A stretch of DNA of 64,000 nucleotides, taken from the IMG/VR virus record IMGVR_UViG_3300032257_000011; one strand, written 5' to 3'. Numbering within the stretch: the first letter of the stretch is position 1; every line of letters starts with the position of its first letter. The translations under genes and the position numbers were made by a program. This stretch comes from a virus. The notes under the pieces are model-generated. The model did no database searches. It had not been told where the DNA came from and worked only from the letters and a program-made list of their open reading frames with translations. This document shows positions 20,119 through 28,637 of the stretch, piece by piece.

Positions 20119-20816
20119 AATTACGTGGAATCCATATTAGGGGCAAAAACGCATCCAGTGACATTTCTTTGGACTTCATGGATGACGAGGGGAAATTGGT
20201 GGAACAATGTCTTCTGAGGGGTAATTTGCTATCAGGAAAGACATTGTTATGTCATCTTATATCTTCAGCTTGGTCATCGAGTATATTGAGTAGTCCTAAT
20301 CTGGAGTTGGATGTTGATGCTGAGATGGTTCGTATTGATTTTAGTGTTGGTCATGAGATAAGTAGTGTTCATATCCGTAATGGTCATATAGAGCCTTCTT
20401 CATTGTTAGCGAAGCATAGTGATGTGAGTATAGGTGATAGTCCTTCTGTTCATGGTGGAGTGTTATATTATTCTTCATTGCGCGAAAATTATATGGAGTA
20501 TGCGAATGCTGCTTATATGGGTTCTGGTGGCGTGAATCGTTGTTTGCCTGTGATATATGACTTACAGATGAAAGAAATCAAAGATTCTGTGATTATTATA
20601 GATGATTGGGACTTGGGTTTAGATGCTGTTACTGCGAAGTCCTTTTATACATTTGTGAGTAGTCATGCTCATTCTGGGGGTAATCAGTTGATATTGACAA
20701 GTTCTTCAGCTAAACCGGGGTATATAGCTGATAGGAGTTGTTTTGAGTTATCTGGGGGTTCTGATATTATTACAGAGTGTCTGAAAGTAATGGGTAGCGT
20801 GGCTGTAGGCGAATAA
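20115..20816 (+). CDS. P-loop NTPase (Walker A GNLLSGKT, Walker B VIIIDDWD)
   Basis: motifs read directly. Confidence 0.55.
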   Translation: MKLRGIHIRGKNASSDISLDFMDDEGKLVEQCLLRGNLLSGKTLLCHLISSAWSSSILSSPNLELDVDAEMVRIDFSVGHEISSVHIRNGHIEPSSLLAKHSDVSIGDSPSVHGGVLYYSSLRENYMEYANAAYMGSGGVNRCLPVIYDLQMKEIKDSVIIIDDWDLGLDAVTAKSFYTFVSSHAHSGGNQLILTSSSAKPGYIADRSCFELSGGSDIITECLKVMGSVAVGE

Positions 20817-20883
20817 TTTCTATTTATATAAATTATTGTTGAAAGGGCAATAATCCTTTGAAAAAATCTGGAAATGATTAAAA

Positions 20884-21267
20884 ATGAGTCCGATACTACA
20901 AGAGCATATTGAAGATGGTGAATATTACGTCGATGGCATTCGTCGTTGGTTTGTTGACAATGAGCTTCATAGGGAAGACGGCCCTGCTGTTGTGATGGAC
21001 AATGGTTCTGAGTTTTGGTTCAAGGATGGCAAGCGTCATCGCATTGGAGGTCCTGCTGCAATTGTTCCTTCTGGGATCAATGGGGACAATGAGAGCGGAG
21101 AGGGTTGGTATCTTGATGGCGTGAGTCATAGACTTGATGGTCCTTCTACGACATATGATGATGGGTCTACCCTTTGGTGCGTATATGGTCAGATTGTTGA
21201 TTCTGAGCGTGAGCAGTCTTGGTTGACGTTTCTCTTTGCTGGAGTGCATGATGAGCAACGTAGCTAG
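20884..21267 (+). CDS. MORN-like DGPA-repeat protein
   Basis: HREDGPAVV, HRIGGPAAIV, HRLDGPSTT repeats. Confidence 0.55.
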   Translation: MSPILQEHIEDGEYYVDGIRRWFVDNELHREDGPAVVMDNGSEFWFKDGKRHRIGGPAAIVPSGINGDNESGEGWYLDGVSHRLDGPSTTYDDGSTLWCVYGQIVDSEREQSWLTFLFAGVHDEQRS

Positions 21268-21445
21268 AGATGCAATGACGAGATATTATAAGAAGGCTGG
21301 CTATATTCGCAAGGATGTTGGTAATTCTATTCGAGTGTTTGATGCGATAGATAATAAGCGAAGCGCCATTCTGCATCATGGCAATCATGTTTTGAGGAAC
21401 GTGGACAGGGATTGGTTGATGTTCTTTTATCCGGAAATAATATAA
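21236..21445 (+). CDS. hypothetical small protein
   Basis: ORF track only. Confidence 0.3.
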   Translation: MLECMMSNVARDAMTRYYKKAGYIRKDVGNSIRVFDAIDNKRSAILHHGNHVLRNVDRDWLMFFYPEII

Positions 21446-21464
21446 TGTATGAGATTTCAACTAT

Positions 21465-21728
21465 ATGGAAAACGACATGAAGATTAGATACACTCATTAT
21501 TCTGATACCATTGAGGTATGGGTTGACATGGAAGGCGAGGCTGTCAATTCTTCTGTTCTCAATTATAATGTAACGACATTGAAGCCTGAAGAGAGTTCTG
21601 ACTATTCTTGGTTTTATTTTCTTTTTCCGGAGAAATTAGAATTTGATACAGACGTGTCTCCTCAGCAGCAAGCTGACTACATGAGAGAAATGTTAACACA
21701 TTCTCATACAACGGATGACTTCTCATGA
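21465..21728 (+). CDS. paralog A (D-x-SWFYFLFPEKLEF motif)
   Basis: shares motif with next ORF. Confidence 0.45.
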   Translation: MENDMKIRYTHYSDTIEVWVDMEGEAVNSSVLNYNVTTLKPEESSDYSWFYFLFPEKLEFDTDVSPQQQADYMREMLTHSHTTDDFS

Positions 21729-21955
21729 TGGATTATGAGTACGCAGATGGAACAGTTGAGAAATGGACCGATAACGGTGCCTGGTTATATAAGACAGAAG
21801 ACATGTCTGTTATAGATAGCGATTGGTTTTATTTTCTTTTTCCTGAGAAGCTGAAGTTCAACTACTGGGAAGAGAAGGTAGATTCGCTTGGAGAGACTAT
21901 GTTTAGTTCAGAGCTACAGAAAGATCTCAAGGCCTGGCATGGTATCGAAATTTAA
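21725..21955 (+). CDS. paralog B (DSDWFYFLFPEKLKF motif)
   Basis: ATGA overlap. Confidence 0.45.
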   Translation: MMDYEYADGTVEKWTDNGAWLYKTEDMSVIDSDWFYFLFPEKLKFNYWEEKVDSLGETMFSSELQKDLKAWHGIEI

Positions 21956-21961
21956 AAGGGC

Positions 21962-22110
21962 TTACACTGATTGACATCAATCGTATGTGAATAAGTAACA
22001 TACTGATGACCAGAAAGATCCTTACACTGTTTCGCTAACACTGATTGGGTTACACTGTTTCGCTTACACTGAATGGCATGTGAATAGCTAACACTGAATG
22101 GCTAACACTG
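21962..22110. repeat. array of 7 TTACACTG/TAACACTG repeats with inverted TCACATG elements
   Basis: copies at 21962, 22022, 22036, 22050, 22064, 22089, 22103; CATGTGAAT at 22078 and CGCATGTGATT at 22114. Confidence 0.7.
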
Positions 22111-22122
22111 AACCGCATGTGA

Positions 22123-22836
22123 TTACCTACCTTCGTAAGTTTTCATGACATCCCGAAGCTTTTCTGCGTAATCTTCTCTGGTTTGCTCTGGAACGATCTT
22201 CCAAGGAAGTCCCCAATGAAGGCGTATGAGGTTCTCAAGGAGACGAGCTGCTGAGTTATTGCCATCTTCAAACGGCTTGATGGCAGCGAATCTGAGCGAC
22301 ATCTCTTCAGCCTTCTCAACGAAGAGTTCCGCCGTCTCATTATCAATAACAACTCCTCTGATGATATGGAGATGCTTCTGTTCGAACTCGTGGATGTCAT
22401 TGGTCCACTCAAGGAGTAGGTCCCTTATATGGAATTGGCTTGGAGCTTCAATGGTCCCGAATGGGGATTCCGTTCTTTGGACACTTTGACGGAACTGACC
22501 AAGCTGTGAATGATTGATGAGATTTCCATCAAGTACAAGCGCTCCAAATTCAGCGACTGGCTTCATCATATTCCGGTGAAGTCTTTTGACCCAGGGGATT
22601 TTGGTATCCAGTTCGAAGACGTTATTGACTTTGGGGAAGATATCATCTTCTGCGATTGATGAGATGAGCATAATTGATTTATATTGACCTGCAACATATG
22701 GGTCATGATTTTCAACTTCTGGCGAGTGTATTGTTCTTTCAATGGTTGTTCTATCCATTGGAACCCGGTCGAGTCGAATTGTGTGATAAATGAAAGCTAT
22801 TAACTGGTCGTCTGTTGGTTCTGGAAAGTTTGGCAT
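22123..22836 (-). CDS. Fic-fold protein with non-canonical motif (KPFEDGNNSAARLLENLIRLHWGLP)
   Basis: matches HPFxDGNGRxxRLLxNLhLxxxGxP with H->K and GR->NS; only long minus-strand ORF; ATG at 22836, alternative TTG at 22878. Confidence 0.6.
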   Translation of the reverse strand: MPNFPEPTDDQLIAFIYHTIRLDRVPMDRTTIERTIHSPEVENHDPYVAGQYKSIMLISSIAEDDIFPKVNNVFELDTKIPWVKRLHRNMMKPVAEFGALVLDGNLINHSQLGQFRQSVQRTESPFGTIEAPSQFHIRDLLLEWTNDIHEFEQKHLHIIRGVVIDNETAELFVEKAEEMSLRFAAIKPFEDGNNSAARLLENLIRLHWGLPWKIVPEQTREDYAEKLRDVMKTYEGR

Positions 22837-22852
22837 AGTTTGTTTATCGTCA

Positions 22853-22864
22853 TTTCCGCGGAAA
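22853..22864. promoter_or_regulatory. TTTCCGCGGAAA palindrome 17-28 nt upstream of Fic ATG
   Basis: read directly. Confidence 0.5.
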
Positions 22865-22866
22865 AA

Positions 22867-22949
22867 AGATCGGTGCAAGGGTTGACAACATCAGGTGAAG
22901 ATGGTAAGATCGGTGCATGGAGAGAAAATCCCACAACAAGATCGGTGCA
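22867..22949. repeat. three direct copies of AGATCGGTGCA (22867, 22907, 22939) in divergent intergenic region
   Basis: read directly; same 11-mer recurs 11 or more times elsewhere. Confidence 0.7.
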
Positions 22950-23086
22950 TTGATTCACTGTTTGACATCAAAACCGTGTCAAAAGCTGAAAATGGTGTGA
23001 AAGGGGATGTAGCTGGTGAAGCTATGATAATGGATAATAGAGAGTCGTGAAAGTTTTTGTTCAAGTATATATAGAAGGAATTTGTT

Positions 23087-23842
23087 ATGTCAATCAAACG
23101 AGGTCGTGTCACTGAATCAGATGTCTACTACAACCATGCGAAGGACGCAGCTCTCTCAGGAGTTGAGCGACCGGATTCGATTACAAGGAGAGACGGCAAT
23201 AAACAGAAGGCCCGTCGCCATCATATCCTTGAGAAAGACTTAATCCTGAAGACTGAGGAGATGAAGCTCAAGGAGAGATGGATTGGACCCTGTAATAAGT
23301 GGAAGACATATTGGGCCATCATCGAGTCTCTCTACCAATTAGGGCCAAACCAGCAGCATCTATTTGGAGCCGTCTTTATCAAGATTGAGGAGCTGATGGA
23401 TGACGAAGCTTCCAGAGATAGTTCTGATAGAACTGCTTGGCAGCGATTTGCAGACAAAGATTCACGCAACAATACCTCAGGAAAAGATGCTCTTGGTCGT
23501 ATTTGGGACTCGATCAAAGTCCTTCAGCGTCTAGGCGGAGCGAATCCTTACGGGCTGAAGCTGGCTCAACTGGGAGCATGCATCAACATCTATGGTAAGA
23601 AGGACAAGCCTTATATTGAATTGAGAATTGGCATACCTGCTGGTTCGGACATTACTCCTATCAATGAGATTCGTTCTAGGGACTATCCCCGTTCTATTAC
23701 CTCGGTTCCTTCAGGTTATAAAGCTGAGGGTGGACTGCATGTGATAGACCTGACTGAAATTGGAGATCCATGCTCACCATCTATACAACCATTGACCATT
23801 GCTCAGGCTGCTGAGAAGCTTGAACAGAGTCCGAACTCTTGA
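23087..23842 (+). CDS. hypothetical protein
   Basis: ORF track; GAAGGAA SD; TTGACA-N17-TAAGAT promoter-like at 22883-22911. Confidence 0.55.
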   Translation: MSIKRGRVTESDVYYNHAKDAALSGVERPDSITRRDGNKQKARRHHILEKDLILKTEEMKLKERWIGPCNKWKTYWAIIESLYQLGPNQQHLFGAVFIKIEELMDDEASRDSSDRTAWQRFADKDSRNNTSGKDALGRIWDSIKVLQRLGGANPYGLKLAQLGACINIYGKKDKPYIELRIGIPAGSDITPINEIRSRDYPRSITSVPSGYKAEGGLHVIDLTEIGDPCSPSIQPLTIAQAAEKLEQSPNS

Positions 23843-23921
23843 CAGTTCTTATTCACATGCGGTAAGATATCTCTATCGAAAGTTGAGACGATTTCAACTT
23901 CCACTTATAGAGGTATAACCG

Positions 23922-25355
23922 ATGACTAGCAAAGCAAACAAGACAGGCACTCCAAAGTCCAAGGGTCGGGGGCGAAAGTCTGACCCAATCAAGTTTATTG
24001 CTCCAATCAAGCCAAACGACCACATCATCCGTGATGCTATCGACTTGGGCTTGTCTGAAAGCAACGACTCAAATGCAATCCTTTCCATCCTTCAACGCCA
24101 CCCACAGAATGTAGATACCATTCTCGATGAGGATGAGCGTTTGGAAGCGATTGCTCAACTTATGTCTGAGAATAAGATGGTTGCGGCTCCAACGGATGCC
24201 GACCGAGTTAATCGAATTCTTGACTTCGTGGTTCAATCATCCTCGGAGAAGGGCGAACAAACTTGGCTTGCTCTTTTGAGTCCAGACCGTTCTACTCTTG
24301 TATCTTTTCCAGACTACCAGGAATTGCTTCGCAAGCGTTTGATGGAGCAAATTCGTGGCGTTCGTCGTAAGGTTCGTACTGATAGTCGTAAGGCTGCTAA
24401 GGCTTTTGCTGACTACTCGGATACCAATGGGGATGGGCCTTTGGCTATCTCTTGGCATGAAGCGGCGAATGATATTGAGATTCTTGAGCGTATCCCAACT
24501 GGTCATCAAATCTTGGATGAATTCTTTGGGTACGATGAGATTGAAACTCCTAACGGAGAGAAGATTAGAATCGGCGGTATGATTAACGGTCATACTTACA
24601 TCGTCGGCGCGCCTCATGGCATGGGTAAGACTCGTTGGCTTGTTGACCTGCTTGCTCGTTTGTGCGGCAAGGCTTCAATGGATGAGCATGGTAGAACTGT
24701 CGGCGGTATGACTGGTCTCTACATTCAAGGGGAAGAAACCCCAAGCCGATTTGCTTCAATGTTCGTCGATGGTCTTTGGATAAAGGGCGAGCATGATATC
24801 CATCTTTCGGATAAGGCTGTCTTTATGACTCAGCACGAATCGCTTATCAAGCAACTTCGACCTGATATTGTGGTCATCGACTCCAAGGATATCATGGAAG
24901 ATTGGAAGCATCCATCGGCTGCCAAGCGTAACGCTAAACTGTACAATCGTTGGGCGGCTGAATACGGATTTGTTCTCTTTGTTATCTCTCATGTCAATGC
25001 TGAGGGAAAGATTAAGGGCGGTTCCGATTTGCCTCACATGTTCCGAGCCGAAATCCTTGGCGCTCGTAATGAGCATGATGCCTCTATGTTCTATCTTCGG
25101 ATGGGCAAGAATCGTGGTTCCCAAGGCGGCGGCGTAGTCCACTACAAGCATGGTTCAAAGACTGTCCATATTGTTGATGAAGCGACTGGCGATACCATAA
25201 TCAAGACCGAGATGTGTCCTGATGCTGCCTTGCTAACTGGCATGGTTGATTCGGCTGTAAATCATAATCAGACTACAACGGCTTTGCTCTCTCAAATCAA
25301 TACGGCAACGGAGAGAACAAGCGGAACTAGGGTCGTAGAGAACACGGCGAACTAG
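23922..25355 (+). CDS. DnaB/RepA-like RecA-fold helicase
   Basis: Walker A GAPHGMGKT, Walker B VVIDSKD, RecA-like core. Confidence 0.65.
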   Translation: MTSKANKTGTPKSKGRGRKSDPIKFIAPIKPNDHIIRDAIDLGLSESNDSNAILSILQRHPQNVDTILDEDERLEAIAQLMSENKMVAAPTDADRVNRILDFVVQSSSEKGEQTWLALLSPDRSTLVSFPDYQELLRKRLMEQIRGVRRKVRTDSRKAAKAFADYSDTNGDGPLAISWHEAANDIEILERIPTGHQILDEFFGYDEIETPNGEKIRIGGMINGHTYIVGAPHGMGKTRWLVDLLARLCGKASMDEHGRTVGGMTGLYIQGEETPSRFASMFVDGLWIKGEHDIHLSDKAVFMTQHESLIKQLRPDIVVIDSKDIMEDWKHPSAAKRNAKLYNRWAAEYGFVLFVISHVNAEGKIKGGSDLPHMFRAEILGARNEHDASMFYLRMGKNRGSQGGGVVHYKHGSKTVHIVDEATGDTIIKTEMCPDAALLTGMVDSAVNHNQTTTALLSQINTATERTSGTRVVENTAN

Positions 25356-25555
25356 ACAGGCACCTCTAGGGGGATAGCAATCGTCTCTGCTCATCCTCTT
25401 TGTATCCATCGCTTTCATCGGAGCGGTGGATATTTTTAGTATTCCGCGGTTATTCACATGCGATTGGTATGGGTTCGTGGTATACTGTAAGAGTCAGACC
25501 GAGCGTTTCGGAATGGCAAATCAAAGTGAACCCACTCTTAAGGAAGGACAGCACG

Positions 25556-26890
25556 ATGACAGTAGTTACTCAGACAAACGGACGAATTCAGACAGACAAT
25601 GAGGGAGGTATCGAGAGATTCGTTACCCAAGAGCGTAAAGGGTTGGATGCGAAAGACGGGATTACTTCTCGTATGTTCAGTCCAACGGATTGCATTGCTC
25701 ATTTGCAGGCAGCGGGCAGCGGTCGGTTTGACCTGCTTGTTGATGGTTCAAACTCTCTCAATATTATCTCAGACTCAAAGAGCGAATCGGGTCTTTCGAT
25801 TGCTCCACAGGTGGGAGATATCTCTGGTCAATCAGAAAATGGGGCTGCATTTGCGAATGCAATCAACACCAATGGTTCCGCTCATATCTCCAAGGCTGCA
25901 TTGAACCAACTTTGTTCATTGCTTGGAGTCAATGGAGGGTGGAAGCGTTACGAGAAGATGAATACTCCAGTTGCCAACTTCATGCGAGACATGAATCAAA
26001 TGTTTGGTACAAGCAATGGGGAATCATCCTTTGTTGCTCGGACAAACAGCCGTGGTAAGGATTATGTTGTTGAATCATTCTTGGCTCCAAATGTAGACCG
26101 TACCGATTCTACTGTTATCGTAGGGGCTGCTATGCAAGCCGTTATTGAACAGTGGGGCGACAGTCTGCGAGGGGTAGAGGTTATCAACCACAATGCAGGT
26201 GGCGGTTCCAAATTCCGTTTGCTCTTTGGCGATGCGGTTCTCGATGAGAAGGAAACCGATGGATACAAGAAATTGTTTCCTATGCTTGACCTGACGCTCT
26301 CAGATAGTCGTAGGTTCCATCCATCTGCTGCCTTGGGCCTCTGGCGCATGTGGTGTTTGAATGGTTGTAGCACGAAAGATTGGGACCTGGCAAGCTGGAA
26401 GGGTAACGCTACATCAAGCGGAGCCGATATGATTTCTGGCATCCAAGGGCTTGTCAATGTTGCTTTCCCAGTTGCGGGCGCAATCGCTGGCGGCTTGACG
26501 AACTTGCAGCATCAAGAACTCGGCATGAAGCCACAAGATATCGTTAGCATGATTGCTGGTCGAAATCTGATTGGTAACAGTTTCCGAGACGACCTGATTC
26601 ATTGCATCGAGAATGGCGGCGGCGATGGTAAGGGCGTAAATACCGAGTGGGATATGTTCAATACCTTTACTCATGGGGCTAAAATGGCTGGCTCGCTTGC
26701 AAGCCGTGGAAGCAATGAGAACAAGGGCTTGCTGTATGCTCTCGCTGACGGTGGCTTTACGGGCGTTGCTCAGAGCGGTTTCAACCGAGACCAATTCAAG
26801 TCGAAAATGGCTGACATGTACGAGAGCAATGTTGGAGACCCTAAGACTACTGGTCTTGGCGCTAAGAAGGCTTTGGCATCGGTCGCATAA
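25556..26890 (+). CDS. Gly-rich hypothetical protein
   Basis: AAGGAAGG SD then ATG; terminator follows. Confidence 0.55.
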   Translation: MTVVTQTNGRIQTDNEGGIERFVTQERKGLDAKDGITSRMFSPTDCIAHLQAAGSGRFDLLVDGSNSLNIISDSKSESGLSIAPQVGDISGQSENGAAFANAINTNGSAHISKAALNQLCSLLGVNGGWKRYEKMNTPVANFMRDMNQMFGTSNGESSFVARTNSRGKDYVVESFLAPNVDRTDSTVIVGAAMQAVIEQWGDSLRGVEVINHNAGGGSKFRLLFGDAVLDEKETDGYKKLFPMLDLTLSDSRRFHPSAALGLWRMWCLNGCSTKDWDLASWKGNATSSGADMISGIQGLVNVAFPVAGAIAGGLTNLQHQELGMKPQDIVSMIAGRNLIGNSFRDDLIHCIENGGGDGKGVNTEWDMFNTFTHGAKMAGSLASRGSNENKGLLYALADGGFTGVAQSGFNRDQFKSKMADMYESNVGDPKTTGLGAKKALASVA

Positions 26891-26918
26891 GACAGGCACC
26901 TAACTAACTTCCCCAACA

Positions 26919-26946
26919 GCCCCCTATAATAAGGGGGCTTTTTTTA
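26919..26946 (+). terminator. rho-independent terminator GCCCCC-tataataa-GGGGGC + T8
   Basis: read directly. Confidence 0.75.
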
Positions 26947-27080
26947 TTTGATGATTTTAGTCAATAAGAGATATGTTATTCACATGCGATAGGTAACATG
27001 CGTTATAGTATGTCAACGCAAGAGACTCCAAACAATGTCGTTTGGGTCTAAACAAAATCGCTAACCGAAGGAGAAATTTC

Positions 27081-27482
27081 ATGGCTAGCAAGACCAATCG
27101 TTCAGCATCGTCAACCTCAACCTCTAACCGTTCATTCGTTCGTGGGTCAAAGACCATGAACCTCGAAGACGCAATTTGCGTCGGCCTCGCCCAGACCGCT
27201 GATGGTCTCCCTGGCGGCGATGGTCTTAGTCTCTCTGCGATTGCTGAGGCAGTCCAGTCTGATGAAGTTGGGTATACCTTTGCTGGGAATCCCAACAACC
27301 ACACCATCATCGTCAACCAGCGTTTGGGCGAACTCCGAGAAGATGGTTATGTCCGCCAAGCCAAGATTCCTGGCCGTACTCGTGGGATGCCTTACCTCTT
27401 GACTCCAAAGGGTCGCAACTGGGTCAATAAAGCGGTTGCAGCAGCCGCCGAAGCTGAGGCCGAAGCCGTAGCAGCCGAGTAA
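27081..27482 (+). CDS. winged-helix DNA-binding protein (PadR-like wing)
   Basis: LGELREDGYVRQAKIPGRTRGMPYLLTPKG pattern; GGAG SD. Confidence 0.5.
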   Translation: MASKTNRSASSTSTSNRSFVRGSKTMNLEDAICVGLAQTADGLPGGDGLSLSAIAEAVQSDEVGYTFAGNPNNHTIIVNQRLGELREDGYVRQAKIPGRTRGMPYLLTPKGRNWVNKAVAAAAEAEAEAVAAE

Positions 27483-27699
27483 GTTTCAGGCACCTACGCT
27501 CTTACAACAAAAAGGGAAGCCCCTGCTCTTGGGTGGGGGTTTTCCTTTGAACAGAACTCCCTCGGCAAAGATGCCGTTGAGTGTTGACAAGAGTGGCCCT
27601 TCGGGGCTACTTTTTGTTTTGCCATGTGGTACGGATAGATCGGTGCTACGTTCTTTCGTTCGTAGAATGTAAGCATATTCACATGCGATGCGTTATCGG

Positions 27700-27729
27700 C
27701 TTGACTATCTGTAGCAAGGATGCTATACT
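27700..27729 (+). promoter_or_regulatory. sigma70-type promoter TTGACT-N18-TATACT
   Basis: read directly upstream of 27763 gene. Confidence 0.55.
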
Positions 27730-27762
27730 GATTTTTCAATGATATTAGGTGAGGACTTGCTG

Positions 27763-28359
27763 ATGGATCGACACACAAAAGAACGTCTCATTACGCTTGG
27801 TAGTTCGGAGTTCGAGAGTTTGCTTTCGGATTATCCCAAATTAGTTTTCGCGAGAAAAGAAGATTTCTGCAAATGGATGAGAGAAGAGGTAGAACTAAAA
27901 TTCCTGCCAAACAAACCAATCGTAACAGACATCCAGAAGAGAGCAAGAAGAAAACTGATTGAGTATTTGGCAAGTCTTGAAGTAACCCACGACCTAGAAC
28001 AATGGATAGAGACATGGATTACCTTGTTTACGCATGTCAAAAAGGCCCCAGATAGCAGAATTGATGAACTTACGGCTCATTACGAGAAGATGGCTCAAGA
28101 TCAGAACTGGGAGCCTTTACCAGAGCAACAACGAGACCCCGAATCCTGTCCTCAAGTACATGACATCATTCAACGAGGGTTCAAGGCTCATGCCAAGGGC
28201 GAAGATGAAATGCCGTTTATTGAGGAGCTAGAAGCATTCTGCAACAGAGACGGGAACGTTATGCAGAAGGACAATAGCAACATGACTGCGATTCAGCGTT
28301 GCCGAATGCTGGGTTGGGATGTAGGGGAAGACATCCTCGCAAGACACGGAGCAGAATAA
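27763..28359 (+). CDS. hypothetical protein
   Basis: AGGTGAGG SD then ATG. Confidence 0.5.
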   Translation: MDRHTKERLITLGSSEFESLLSDYPKLVFARKEDFCKWMREEVELKFLPNKPIVTDIQKRARRKLIEYLASLEVTHDLEQWIETWITLFTHVKKAPDSRIDELTAHYEKMAQDQNWEPLPEQQRDPESCPQVHDIIQRGFKAHAKGEDEMPFIEELEAFCNRDGNVMQKDNSNMTAIQRCRMLGWDVGEDILARHGAE

Positions 28360-28637
28360 CCCTCACATATTCACATACCAAGGACCACGTGGACCACATA
28401 CTATGAACCCAAACCTGCCAACAAGTCGTTTTGTTTTCCCTTATAAAGGAGTCAACCTCCTTTGGGAGCTTATTGGGCCAACGAAGTCGGGCACTCTGTG
28501 CAAGACTGTCAGCGGAATTCATAATGGGAAGAGGTACTTTACGTGCGGAGCATCTGCTCTCTTCGAACAGCGGCACTTAGATCTACTGTTGTGTGATATA
28601 GTTGTTCGCTCAGGTTTGAAAGTCGATGGAGATAGAT

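Noticed and set aside
21962-22110. CRISPR array
   Set aside because: Repeats are only 8 nt with irregular spacers of 6-50 nt. There are no cas genes and no palindromic repeat.
22837-22878. TTG start at 22878 for Fic
   Set aside because: An in-frame ATG at 22836 gives a start downstream of the palindrome. The TTG extension has no SD either. It is kept as an alternative.
25350-25380. CAGGCAC as a sigma54 -24 element
   Set aside because: No GC at -12 with the required spacing in any copy.
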